DNA of 56,325 nt, the filler included, from Catajapyx aquilonaris (Eukaryota), in assembly GCA_000934665.2 (NCBI GenBank). It is 3 parts of 3 records of this genome, joined end to end, with 100 filler letters (N's around TTAATTAATTAA, not from the genome) between each part and the next. Parts side by side here need not be neighbours in the genome. Positions count along the whole stretch, not along the records: positions 1 to 18,697 come from KZ539568.1; positions 18,798 to 37,531 come from KZ539569.1; 1 more part is not named here. One strand, 5' to 3'. Positions 12,201 through 21,618 of this stretch are shown here, in pieces; the stretch's first letter is position 1, and the number at the start of each line of letters is the position of its first letter. A program made the position numbers and the translations under genes. The notes under the pieces were generated by a model. The model worked only from the letters and a program-made list of their open reading frames with translations, was not told the DNA's origin and searched no databases.

Positions 12201-14554
12201 TACTATATCGCTCAAAAACATGGAGACGATTTTGCATTTGACTCAAGTGCGGCCTGCACTTGAATCGAATGCAACATCGTCTCTATGTTGTTGAGTGATA
12301 TAGTACATCAGTGTCAAAAATGTGGATGATGATTAATATTTAATCCAAGGTTTTCATTTACTTTCACAGTGAGGAGGACAGAAAGCAACAAGTCCTGAAG
12401 CGCTACTGGGCTGATGAGATGAAGCCAAGGTGTGTTCTCAAAGAATTTGTGTGGAGTTGTCCTCCTGTCACTAACCATGTTTTGTATGGGCAGGTTCCTT
12501 TCCAAGTTTGAGGAGAAGATGAAGGGGATATCTCCTAAAGTCACCTACATCCACAAGGAAGACCCCAAGATAGAGCAAAGTCTGGGTCTCAAAGGTAAGT
12601 GTGTTAGGAGTTTTGCATTGTACGTCTGTAGTTGTAACCGTCTCTTTCTTTTCCCACTTCCAGAGAAGAATAAGTTTGGAATGTTTGTAGATTCTGCCAC
12701 AGGGCAGAAGGAAGGGGCATCATCTTCATTGGGGAACAAGTGGAAGGTCATTGGAGGAGATTCGATGACTTCGAGGTAAGTGTGTTCATATTCAAAGTAG
12801 GATGAATGTCTTATAAAAGTCTGTTATAAACAGGCAGTTTGTATTTGCGAATGATGAGACATTTACTGTGACAATCTGGTGTAATGGTAGAGGGATATTT
12901 TTCTTGATGAAGGAACTATGAAACTAATATAATTAATGGGAAACCCTTATTATTATCTGATGGCAATAATTGCCAGTATTGTAATTACATCCTAGGCTTT
13001 TAAACATTTGGCAGCTAATTAAAACATTGTTGACTTTTCAGGATGGAGAAGCCAGACATGGAGAAGCGAGTGGTGAGCATGAAGAAGGATGCTGCTGACT
13101 TTGAAAAAGTTCGTGCCCTGCAAGAGAAGTGGGCTACTGTCGATAAAGGTCTGAGTGACTGGGAGACTGACACCAAGCCAGTAGGCATGAAGGAACGTAA
13201 ATTCAAAGAGATGGCTTCTACAGATGATGAAAAGCATAACCTTCCAGGATCTGTCAAAGGGCTAGGCCTAAGCATGGATGACAGTCTGGTGAAAACAAAG
13301 GAGATGCTGGGCAAACTGGAGACGGGGTACCGCATGGGAAAGAAATCCACAGATGATGATGACGCACAGACTGGGTTAGCTGAAGGAATGATTGGCACAG
13401 GGAAGATAGCGCCCATTAAGATTGAGATGGGAAGTGCAGCCAAGGCGGCTGTGGCAGCTGTGAAAGCAGCTGCAGCCAAGGCGGAGGCAGAGAAGGAAGA
13501 ACGTTCTCGCTCGTCAGGTGAACGTTCCACGTCTCGCTCGTACACACGCAGCCGATCTCGCTCCTCCTCGTATTCACGCCGCTCACGCTCCCCTACAGGG
13601 CGGCGTCCACGTCATCGTTCCCGTTCCTACTCGCACTCCCGTTATTCACGCTCCAGATCTCGTGGGAGGTATCGTTCTCGCTCTCGCTCCTCCTCTTATG
13701 CTGCTACTGGTGAGCGCCGCCACCGATCTCGTTCCCGCTCATACTATAGTCGTGAGTCAGGCAGGTCCCGCTCACATGATTCCAGGTCTCGTTCAGGATC
13801 TCGTGGAAGATACAGATCACGTTCACGTGACAGGTACCACGACAGATCTGGAAGCCGCAGCCCAAGCCGTGATCGCCGTCATCATCACTACAACCCACAG
13901 CATTACAATCCACGAGGTCGCTATATGCATCGGGGTTACCACCAGCGTGGTAACAGGCGCCCTTACATGCGAATGCGAGGCCGAGGCCGAGGCCGTGGAT
14001 TCTACCAACGAGGAGGTGGATTCAACCCCAGGGGTGGATATCGAGGAAATTATCACCGTCCTGATGGTGGTGGTGGAGGAGGAGGAGGAGGAGGAGGAGG
14101 AGGACGGTACTATAAGAAGTACGACAAGTACGAACGCTACGACCATCGACGCAGCCCATCTGGAGGCACTCCCCGGGGTGAAAGAGGTGAGGGTAGGGAG
14201 GAGAAGCGAGAGGAGGATGACCGGATGAAACAGGTGCAGGAGGCAAAGCGCAAGATTGACGAGGAGTTGGGTGGTAAGAAGGAAGACGACGATGATGGGA
14301 GTGGCACTGAGGAGATGGACGACTCAGATTACGTGGATCGGAAGACGTTTGGTGGAAAGTGGGCCGAAGATGGAGGGGAGGAGCCCTCTAGTACTGGTAA
14401 TGGTGGTGGAGAGAACAGCAAGCCCAAGGACAAGATGGAGATACCCGAGACAAGCCTGGAGGAAATGGAGGAATTTTTGAACAAGGTGAAGCAGCAGAAG
14501 AAGGAAGAGATGAAAGAAAGAAATAAAGAGTTTATGAAGCCAGCCCTGTGGTAA
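3250..14554 (+). CDS. TTC14: Tetratricopeptide repeat protein 14 (S1 domain + TPR repeats + Lys/Ser-rich, Pro-rich and RS/RGG C-terminus), about 1461 aa
   Basis: Manually spliced GT-AG exons keep frame (sum 4386 nt): 3250-3401, 3558-3679, 5339-5415, 7013-7135, 7204-7415, 7855-8007, 8155-8346, 8564-8686, 9120-9464, 9787-10223, 10338-10388, 10460-10598, 10680-10768, 10897-11050, 11131-11220, 11839-11979, 12370-12429, 12494-12594, 12664-12775, 13042-14554. Diagnostic peptides: [45 protein letters not shown]1-like LEVGDIVIG...[11 protein letters not shown], and TPRs [29 protein letters not shown] and [21 protein letters not shown]. Confidence 0.93.
5547..6295 (-). mobile_element. Internally deleted Tc1/mariner element in TTC14 intron 3
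   Basis: About 100-bp TIRs starting CAGGGTGTTCCAGAGTT, with TA on both sides. Minus strand carries transposase remnants: N-terminal ...[26 protein letters not shown] joined to C-terminal [10 protein letters not shown]...[16 protein letters not shown]. Confidence 0.9.
12198..12308. repeat. Imperfect palindrome (MITE-like hairpin) in a TTC14 intron
   Basis: ATGTACTATATCGCTCAAAAACATGGAGACGAT... pairs with ...ATCGTCTCTATGTTGTTGAGTGATATAGTACAT. Confidence 0.75.
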
Positions 14555-14733
14555 AAAGGGACAGATCAGTACATAATAATATTACGACAAGTATATAAAC
14601 AAATCAGTCAAGTGGTTAGGGGGGTTTTAGAGTTGGGTTCATTTTTTGCACCTTTGTTCACATGATTGTGACCATGTGTGTTGTGTGTTCCTTTCCCTCT
14701 GTCTTTTGAGTCGCCCCTGTAACCCAATGAGTT

Positions 14734-14739
14734 ATTAAA
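14734..14739 (+). terminator. Candidate polyadenylation signal of TTC14 (ATTAAA)
   Basis: ATTAAA about 180 nt after the stop codon, followed by T-rich sequence. Confidence 0.45.
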
Positions 14740-15399
14740 GAATGAAAATGATGTCTGGCCTTTTTTCTTTCCAGCAAGCGGCTCCCTTTCATCTCGACAG
14801 TCTTTTTGTGCCTTAATTTTGCCTCATTTCATGCCTTTGCCTAACGAGCTGTGTCGCCAATTATGATGACTGTCTTTTGTGACTCGGTCATGCAGGAGGC
14901 AAGTTTGCATCTTTTGAATCTGAGAAAGTTTAAATTGCAGGGAATTTGGTATCGGCAACTATTTTCAGATGCTCATTATTTACAGGTGTATTGCTGCGGC
15001 TTCCAACGTAAGCACGGATGACGTGTGATGAGTGGCCAATACTGAGCCACCCTACCAATCAGCTAGCGATAGTAGTTACTTCAGACCGAAGCTTCTGCTT
15101 TTCTTCCTCTCCGTTGTGAGTTATAAGGAGGGGCACTCGAAAATGCCTCTCACAAAGAAGCTGTGAAAAAGCCTATTCCTGGGTAATTCTCTCCTGCAGC
15201 CCCCGCCTCTGGGAGGCTATTAAGACATCAATAGCCGCGTAGAGGCAGAAAAGGTCGCACACTGCACTTTTATGAAAGTGGAAGGCGCCCGAATGACACT
15301 TCCTATTGTGTCTATTTTGGATGCTAGAACGAAGCCATTTTTCAAAACGAGATAGACTTGCTTTTGTGTGTCCCTCCCTCCCCCTCCCCCACCTCCCAT

Positions 15400-17000
15400 T
15401 TTCCCCATTTTGAAATGTGGCGTATAGAATGGATGAAAGGGAGCCGAGCTGCCCAACCACTGAGATGCCATTGCCATTACCATTCTGGGAGCTCGCCAGC
15501 CTTTCATTTGGTTGGATGATTAACAATAGCTCTGCATACGAAATAGCATTTATGCTACATAAATTCCATACAATCGGCTAATGGAACTTGATTCAAGTTT
15601 ATCGTCAAGATAGGGAAGGGTTTTTTTTTATATATATATTATATCGGCAGGGTAACGAGAGCACCTCGGGTTATTGCCACCCCGGGTTTTCATTCGAACA
15701 AAAGATTGAGGGGGGTATAGGGGGTGGATGTCATTTTGCTGCCGAAGCAAAAGGGGAGAAGAACTATAGTTCTAAAGAAAGAGCCCCCTTGCCAAAGAGG
15801 CGAATCTTTTTTTTGGGTACTGCCAGCTATTATTTAATCCCCGGGACAAAGTTTGGTCGTTGGGAAATTCCCTTGGGAGGTTGGGAAGAGGCGGGGTTGG
15901 ACAGATCGAGCAAAATAACAGCACCGCCCCTTTTGTGCATAAGATTTGCCTATTTATCCGGTGGATCCTCCCACTCTATTGCTGGTGACAACTGAACAAG
16001 TTTTGCTCCAGTTCTTTTTTTTCTTCCAACAATGCCTGCCTTCCCCTTTTGTTGTAGGTCGGTCTTTCGGTTGTTGGAAGGAATTCCAGGCTGAGGTTTT
16101 TATGAATTTTTATTTATCACTAGCGCATCCGTAGCCAAAATTTGGCAAGGTGGCAGCACTCACCAGGGGCCCTTCCATCTTTCCGCCGCGATCAGAAGGT
16201 GGGAGCACTCGCACATTCCGGAGCGTTCCAGAGGCGAAAAAAATAAGGCTATTATTATAGGGGGAATTGAAAGGACCCGCCCCATACAGGTCATGTGATG
16301 TGGGCGGAGCATGCGCACTGCTTCCCTGGCTTTGGCCAGGGGAGAGTGGAGATTATAACCAGAGTCTGTACTAAGGTGGAAGTTCTAATAGCAGTGTCCA
16401 TGGAACCCAGGTGTTTTCTTGGTACAGCTAGCATAGGGTTGGCCCCGGGGCGGACCTGGGGTCGTCACATAATATACTAAATATAAATAAAATATACGCG
16501 CAGTCCTATATGTCCCCATGATCGCACCATATTGGAACCACTTGTCGGGGCAGTGTCCGTTGTATGTGCGTCGTAGGTCGGGCAGCATATAATGTGTAGG
16601 AGTCAGGTCGGATCGATGGGTTCGATTCGCATTCAGCTGCTGGTACTGCCTTCTGCTGCAAAGAAGAGGAGGAGAGTAGAGAGGGAGGACTAAAAAGAGA
16701 GGGTTGGAAAAGGGGTGGGTGGGGGCCAAGAATAATTCGACTTGCCATTAGTGAATTTTCTAAAGACTGCAGCCAGGAGAATTTGGGGATGCAATGCCAC
16801 ACCATATCCGCCCGTCGGCCACTAATTTCCATATCAAACGAACTACTCTATCGCTCCCCTTTCACGCGACTAAACTTTCCGACTCCCCCTTTCTATTCAG
16901 CCTGCTGCTCTTAATGGCGGTTATTTTCATTACTCAACCAGCCTTAAGCATTCGGATTCCGGTGCTCTCGGGAATTTGGAAAAGACATTGGGGCTGAATA
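15400..17000 (+). mobile_element. Possible heavily decayed tyrosine-recombinase retrotransposon (DIRS/Ngaro-like)
   Basis: Broken-frame peptides lie in the expected RNaseH-methyltransferase-YR order: YILYRQGNESTSGYC, CHFAAEAKGEKNYSSK...YYLIPG, SFGCWKEFQ, LSAAIRRWEHSHIP, CFPGFGQGRVEI, FSL...LSIRIPVLSGIW. The resemblance was judged by eye only. Confidence 0.3.
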
Positions 17001-17205
17001 GAATGTTAAAAATCATATTTAGGGACACGAGGGGTAGGGAGGAAAGGAAAAGAGGAGGACCTTCTCTGCTCAATTTCTCTCCCTTCGTGTGGAAGGACAG
17101 ACAAAATGGGTCTTGGACCGACGTGTCCCCTATTCGAATGCCGCCATCCGTCCACTCCTCCCAAGACTGGATGAATAAATTCATTTCAGAGCCACATTTT
17201 CGCAC

Positions 17206-17313
17206 CAGCTCATCCTGGGAGTCATACTGCCCTCCAAGCTTCAGCTCATCCTGGGAGGCATACTGCCCTCCAAGCTTGAGCAGCTCATCCTGGGATGCCT
17301 ACTACCCTCCAAC
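17206..17313 (+). repeat. Three-copy tandem repeat, period 36/39 bp
   Basis: CAGCTCATCCTGGGA-x-CATACTGCCCTCCAAGCTT units start at 17206, 17242 and 17281. Confidence 0.9.
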
Positions 17314-18697
17314 CACCTATGCTGTAAGGGTCATCTAACTCGCAGGATAAGCTGGTGTAAGACCTTAAGGGGTACCTAAATAACATTTTTGTGAGCCCAC
17401 TAGCTATCGGCTTCACCTATAATCCGGTTTTGATCAGGGTTGCAATAGGCCCGGTCGGTTGTCCCAAATCCTTGCGGACGAGCGCGTGCCCATCACTCCA
17501 TTTTTATCCCGGACAGTTGGTGAGTCGCATAAAAATGGAGTCGGCGAGCATGACAAAAGCAAGCCCCCACCAACAGATAGTGATTGGGAGAGTTGGAGCC
17601 CATCATGTGAAGGCTAGCAAGACAGGGTAATGGCAGCAGGAAGCAATGATCCTCTTGTCCACCCCCCTCCATAGCTAGTAGGGTCCGTCGCGTCTAGTAG
17701 TGATTGCGCTCGACATGGATGGGATCAAAAGCAGCATGTTACATGGGAGCTTATCATTCATTATTATTTTAGCGTCAACTTGGCTTTGCCAGCCGCATTG
17801 TTTCCTAATATCAGCCAAGGGCTAAAAGCTTGTGGATGCTGCAGCGTGTGTTTTTTGGGAGCAGGCTCATGCATGCGGGGGTTTTATGCATAGGCATCAG
17901 ATGTCGATATGGGAGAGGGTAATTAAATAGTGTAAATGGAAAGAAATAATGATAGTGGGTCATTTGCATTCTACTGCCCTTTTTTTTAATCCGGGTCTTT
18001 TAATAAAGAGGGGCGGTTTTATTACCAGAACTGAAGAATCACATTACGCTATCTTGGTCTTTTATCGGTGGCGGGAAAGTTTCTGATTTAAGGGTGTCTT
18101 GTCGTCCTTCCGTCGCTTTTCCGTTGCACTGCAGGAAATTAAAGATATCAAGCTCTAATCAGAGGACTTTTCATTAGTTTCTAATGTCTTCTTCCGAAAA
18201 TAATGAAGGAAGTCATTTAGCCAGAGTGCTCGGGCTGGCATCTGGGAAAGAAGCATTGCGTCGCGGAGGAAACCGAAAATGAGACGCCATTTCCAGGAAT
18301 GTAGTCCGAGAGAGGGAATGAGAAAAAAGGAAAAAAAAGGCAGAATCAGGTGATTACGATTCAGTGTACTTAGCAGCGTTATCTTTGTGTCTCTGGCTTA
18401 ATTTTTGGAAGAATATGTGCTAGAGTGAGATAAAGACGTAAGGTATTATTTTGGTGAATAATATACAAGGTGCTTTGTTTTAGAAAATGGTGGTCGTAAG
18501 CTGCAGCTTTCAGTCATATTCAAGTGTCATCCTTGATGTATGGACGAAAATATTAATTTTTACGCCATTTTTTTTTAAATCTACAGTATGTTTCTAATCG
18601 GTATTATTGTTAGCTGTGATGGTGATTTCTTGCTGTTTTATGCCCTTTTCTGCTGATACGCAATAGAGTTTATATGCAGAATATTTTGCGTAGGTCT

Positions 18698-18797
18698 NNN
18701 NNNNNNNNNNNNNNNNNNNNNNNNNNNNNNNNNNNNNNNNNTTAATTAATTAANNNNNNNNNNNNNNNNNNNNNNNNNNNNNNNNNNNNNNNNNNNN
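18698..18797. other. Artificial 100-nt scaffold linker (N...TTAATTAATTAA...N)
   Basis: A six-frame stop spacer sits at the centre of the N run; an identical structure occurs at 37532-37631. Confidence 0.92.
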
Positions 18798-19767
18798 GGG
18801 GGCAATCAGGGCCCGCCGCAGGCGAATTTTTTTCGGTTCAAGGTCACAACCCTTCCTCGCGACCCCAAATTTGGAGTCACGACCGCAAAATTGCACTGTT
18901 CTAGAGGGTTTTTGCGAGTTTTCCACCCGTTTTTTTTTCTTTTGTTCCTTTTTGCCCCCCCTAAATCCGCCACTGGTAATACGTAATGATTACGTATAGG
19001 CTAACTATTAATGTAATGATTTCTCATTTTCATTGTTTTTGTGCCATACTGATTACTGACACTGTGACTGCGAGAGTCTGACAGTGAGATAGTACGAGCT
19101 AAGACCCCGAATTGATTGGATCGAACCCGCTTTCTTACGTCTGATAGAATGTAGGTTATAGACGTTAGGCCTATTATAGATTTGTGGTTTTCCTCAAAAT
19201 TTTCTAAAACTCGTAGGAAAATTCCAGCGCCCCTTTGCTCGGGGGCCCTGGGGCAGTCGCCCCACCTGCCCCTATGGTAGTTACGCCACTGACACGTACG
19301 TTATTCAAAAGAAATATCCCAAGGGACCACAGACATTGGTATCTTATAGCAAAGGTTTCTTATATCCAAATGCATAGGCCACACATGGAAGTATGGCAGG
19401 ACCAGCCTTTTGTGTTTTCTGTAACCAAGGGTTGCTGATAGCTAGGCTCTCCCGGAGTCGACTGTATTGTAGTGAGTGGATATACCGTCTCTGGGCACAT
19501 GCTACCGATACTTTTGCAACATTGTAGCTTCTAACATTGCTTAATTCAAGGCTTCATTCTGTAAATGGTTGCATTAGGAAATTATTACGATCCAGTGTAT
19601 ATTTCAAAGAGGACGAATTTCAACTAATAATATAAAGTCAATACTACATGTGCACTGGGTGAGGGGTTCCAACCACATGATATTGCTGGTGCTGAGAAAA
19701 ATTTATAGTTGATATGCCAAGGAAGGACTTGTGTCAATCATTCATGGATACTTGGTCACCTTTGCAG

Positions 19768-20129
19768 ACATGGGATGGCACAAAATCTCTGCTATCCAAC
19801 CTGGAGGCACTGCTTGGAACTACACTGCCCTCCCAGGAGTTCATTGCAGAGAATGAAATTGAGTGTGGGATTTGCCTATCATTCATTCTGGACAACCAGT
19901 CTCCAAGTGAAGTATGCCCTGAGAAACGTTGCAATCGTGTCTACCATCTTGTATGTTTATTTGAGGTATGCACCAAAATGATTGTAAAGGAAAATGAATT
20001 TGGTTCATGCTGTTTTTCTCCCTTTTCTAGTGGCTGGTGAATGTACCAACAAGGAAAAGGACCAATGACACTGTATTTGGTCCTTGCCCATATTGTGAAA
20101 CTCTCATGGTATGCAAGGAAATAAAGTAG
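19768..20129 (+). CDS. FANCL: E3 ubiquitin ligase FANCL, last two exons only (RING-variant domain)
   Basis: Exon 19768-19965: TWDGTKSLLSNLEALL...ECGICLSFILDNQSPSEVCPEKRCNRVYHLVCLFE. Exon 20031-20129: WLVNVPTRKRTNDTVFGPCPYCETLMVCKEIK*. Matches the FANCL C-terminal pattern CGIC...VC...C...HxxCLxEW...FGxCPYC. An alternative acceptor is possible at 19709. Confidence 0.88.
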
Positions 20130-20156
20130 TTGTGTTACACCCATAAATTAACCCCA

Positions 20157-20162
20157 TTTATT
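20157..20162 (-). terminator. AATAAA polyadenylation signal downstream of CYB5RL
   Basis: TTTATT on + strand about 98 nt past the CYB5RL stop codon. Confidence 0.6.
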
Positions 20163-20259
20163 CAGGCACTCTTTAGCACAAAATTCCAACAACAGGCTTG
20201 ATAAAGGCTCAAAGCAAGCTCGAAGGAATTACCGAACAACTTGGAACCTCATAACAATC

Positions 20260-21120
20260 TCAAAATACATGCACGAACTCAGGTTTTGAGCCCAATTCCA
20301 TTAGGTACAGCTTGACATCATGTTCATAAGACTTGGTACCACATATCACAAATTTATATCCATCTGCACATTTGCCTAGTTCATCTGCTAAGTCAGACTT
20401 TCCAATATGTCCAAAGTATACATCCTCTCCATACTTAGGCTTAAGTGATGGCTCATCACTAAGGAACCATTTTGATGTGAAGTTCCAGTATGATCCAAAT
20501 TGCTTGATGCGCTCACGAAACAATAGGTCTTCATACTTTCGACAAGAGTACAATAGGCGGAGCACTGTGTCATCACCCTCATCATCTAGCACTGTTTCAA
20601 TCAGACGAATCATTGGAGCAATGCCAGTACCAGCTGCAAGCATGACAATGCGCTTGCAGGTATTTGGTGTGTATGTAAATGTACCATATGGTCCTTTCCA
20701 CAAAACAGTATCATTGACCTGTAGTGTACGTATATATTGCGACATACGTCCATCGTGGTACAATTTAATGGCCACATCAAATCCATTTGAGTTTATTGCA
20801 ACAGGTGTGTATGCACGCCGAATCAGGTTGTACTCCATCATCATATGCTGCGCTGGTTTAATATGTAGTTTAACATTAGCATTAAATCTATACAAGTTTG
20901 TGTCATGAGACATTTTTGATATTGATACAACCCGAAAAGGTGTTGGCTCAATTAGGGTGATTGCATCATTGGGTATATTGCATTGCCGTTTCCATGCGGC
21001 TAATTTTTTTGCATATATGTCGTACACACATTCGGTGCACCCACCACCACAGCACATGTCAGAAGTTGGTTCTACCGGCTCATCATTTGGTGGCATTTCC
21101 ATCGCACTTCTTTGTGTCAT
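20260..21120 (-). CDS. CYB5RL: NADH-cytochrome b5 reductase-like protein, intronless (in-frame ATGs at 21120, 21102, 21096)
   Basis: N-terminal oxidoreductase-like motif PVEPTSDMCCGGGCTECVYDIY, FAD-binding RAYTPV and GRMS, NAD-binding AAGTGIAPM, C-terminal ICG...VHVF. Uninterrupted ORF of 286 aa. Confidence 0.92.
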   Translation of the reverse strand: MTQRSAMEMPPNDEPVEPTSDMCCGGGCTECVYDIYAKKLAAWKRQCNIPNDAITLIEPTPFRVVSISKMSHDTNLYRFNANVKLHIKPAQHMMMEYNLIRRAYTPVAINSNGFDVAIKLYHDGRMSQYIRTLQVNDTVLWKGPYGTFTYTPNTCKRIVMLAAGTGIAPMIRLIETVLDDEGDDTVLRLLYSCRKYEDLLFRERIKQFGSYWNFTSKWFLSDEPSLKPKYGEDVYFGHIGKSDLADELGKCADGYKFVICGTKSYEHDVKLYLMELGSKPEFVHVF

Positions 21121-21580
21121 CCCAATCTATTTTAAAGCGGGTAACCCTAGGGCTAGTTGCCAATATATTACGGGTCAGTTTCTCAAACTGTGGCACTGTT
21201 GGTTGGGTTTCACGTAGCTCGCCATCTGAATAGTCATTGTTCACGTAGTATCCAACCCGTATAAATTCCTGACTGCGGTATGAGCAAGTCAAGAGTACAA
21301 CAGTAACACCAACTGCATCAGCCACAGGAATTTTGTCAACCTGAGGTGGATCAGCCTGAAACACAAACATATGGCGACCTTCAGGTATGGGTCCTACATA
21401 CACAGTGTCCAAAATTTGGTCATATTCCTCACTCTCAGCTGAACCAACATATATTATCCTCCATTCCAAATCCTCCTGAAGGTCTTCAATGCACTCAAAG
21501 GTTATCTCAAACTGGAATGGGTTCAGGAATGGCGAAGGATTGTCCAGGACAACCACATTGCACACATGAACTTTGGCCAT
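21083..21580 (-). CDS. ASF1: Histone H3-H4 chaperone ASF1, intronless, 165 aa
   Basis: MAKVHVCNVVVLDNPSPFLNPFQFEITFECIEDLQEDLEWRIIYVGSAESEEYDQILD...VGVTVVLLTCSYRSQEFIRVGYYVNNDY...PRVTRFKIDWD is the canonical ASF1 core. Confidence 0.98.
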   Translation of the reverse strand: MAKVHVCNVVVLDNPSPFLNPFQFEITFECIEDLQEDLEWRIIYVGSAESEEYDQILDTVYVGPIPEGRHMFVFQADPPQVDKIPVADAVGVTVVLLTCSYRSQEFIRVGYYVNNDYSDGELRETQPTVPQFEKLTRNILATSPRVTRFKIDWDDTKKCDGNATK

Positions 21581-21618
21581 TGGTACATTGCACTGTTGCT
21601 ATTGTACTGGCAATATTT

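Noticed and set aside
13015..14246. Long alternative-frame and antisense ORFs over the TTC14 last exon
   Set aside because: By-products of low-complexity RS/Gly codons.
17206..17313. 36-bp periodic repeat as a CRISPR array
   Set aside because: Contiguous tandem units with no unique spacers, no cas genes and a eukaryotic context.
18742..18753. TTAATTAATTAA palindrome inside Ns (also 37576-37587) as a biological motif
   Set aside because: Identical placement in two 100-nt gaps indicates a synthetic six-frame-stop linker.
20333..20908. 191-aa plus-strand ORF antisense to CYB5RL
   Set aside because: Shadow ORF of a real CDS with no recognisable motifs.
21074..21086. ATGA/TGATG stop-start overlap at the ASF1 stop as the CYB5RL initiation site
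   Set aside because: The ATGs at 21086 and 21083 are not in the CYB5RL frame; they read ATG ATG AGC CGG TAG.
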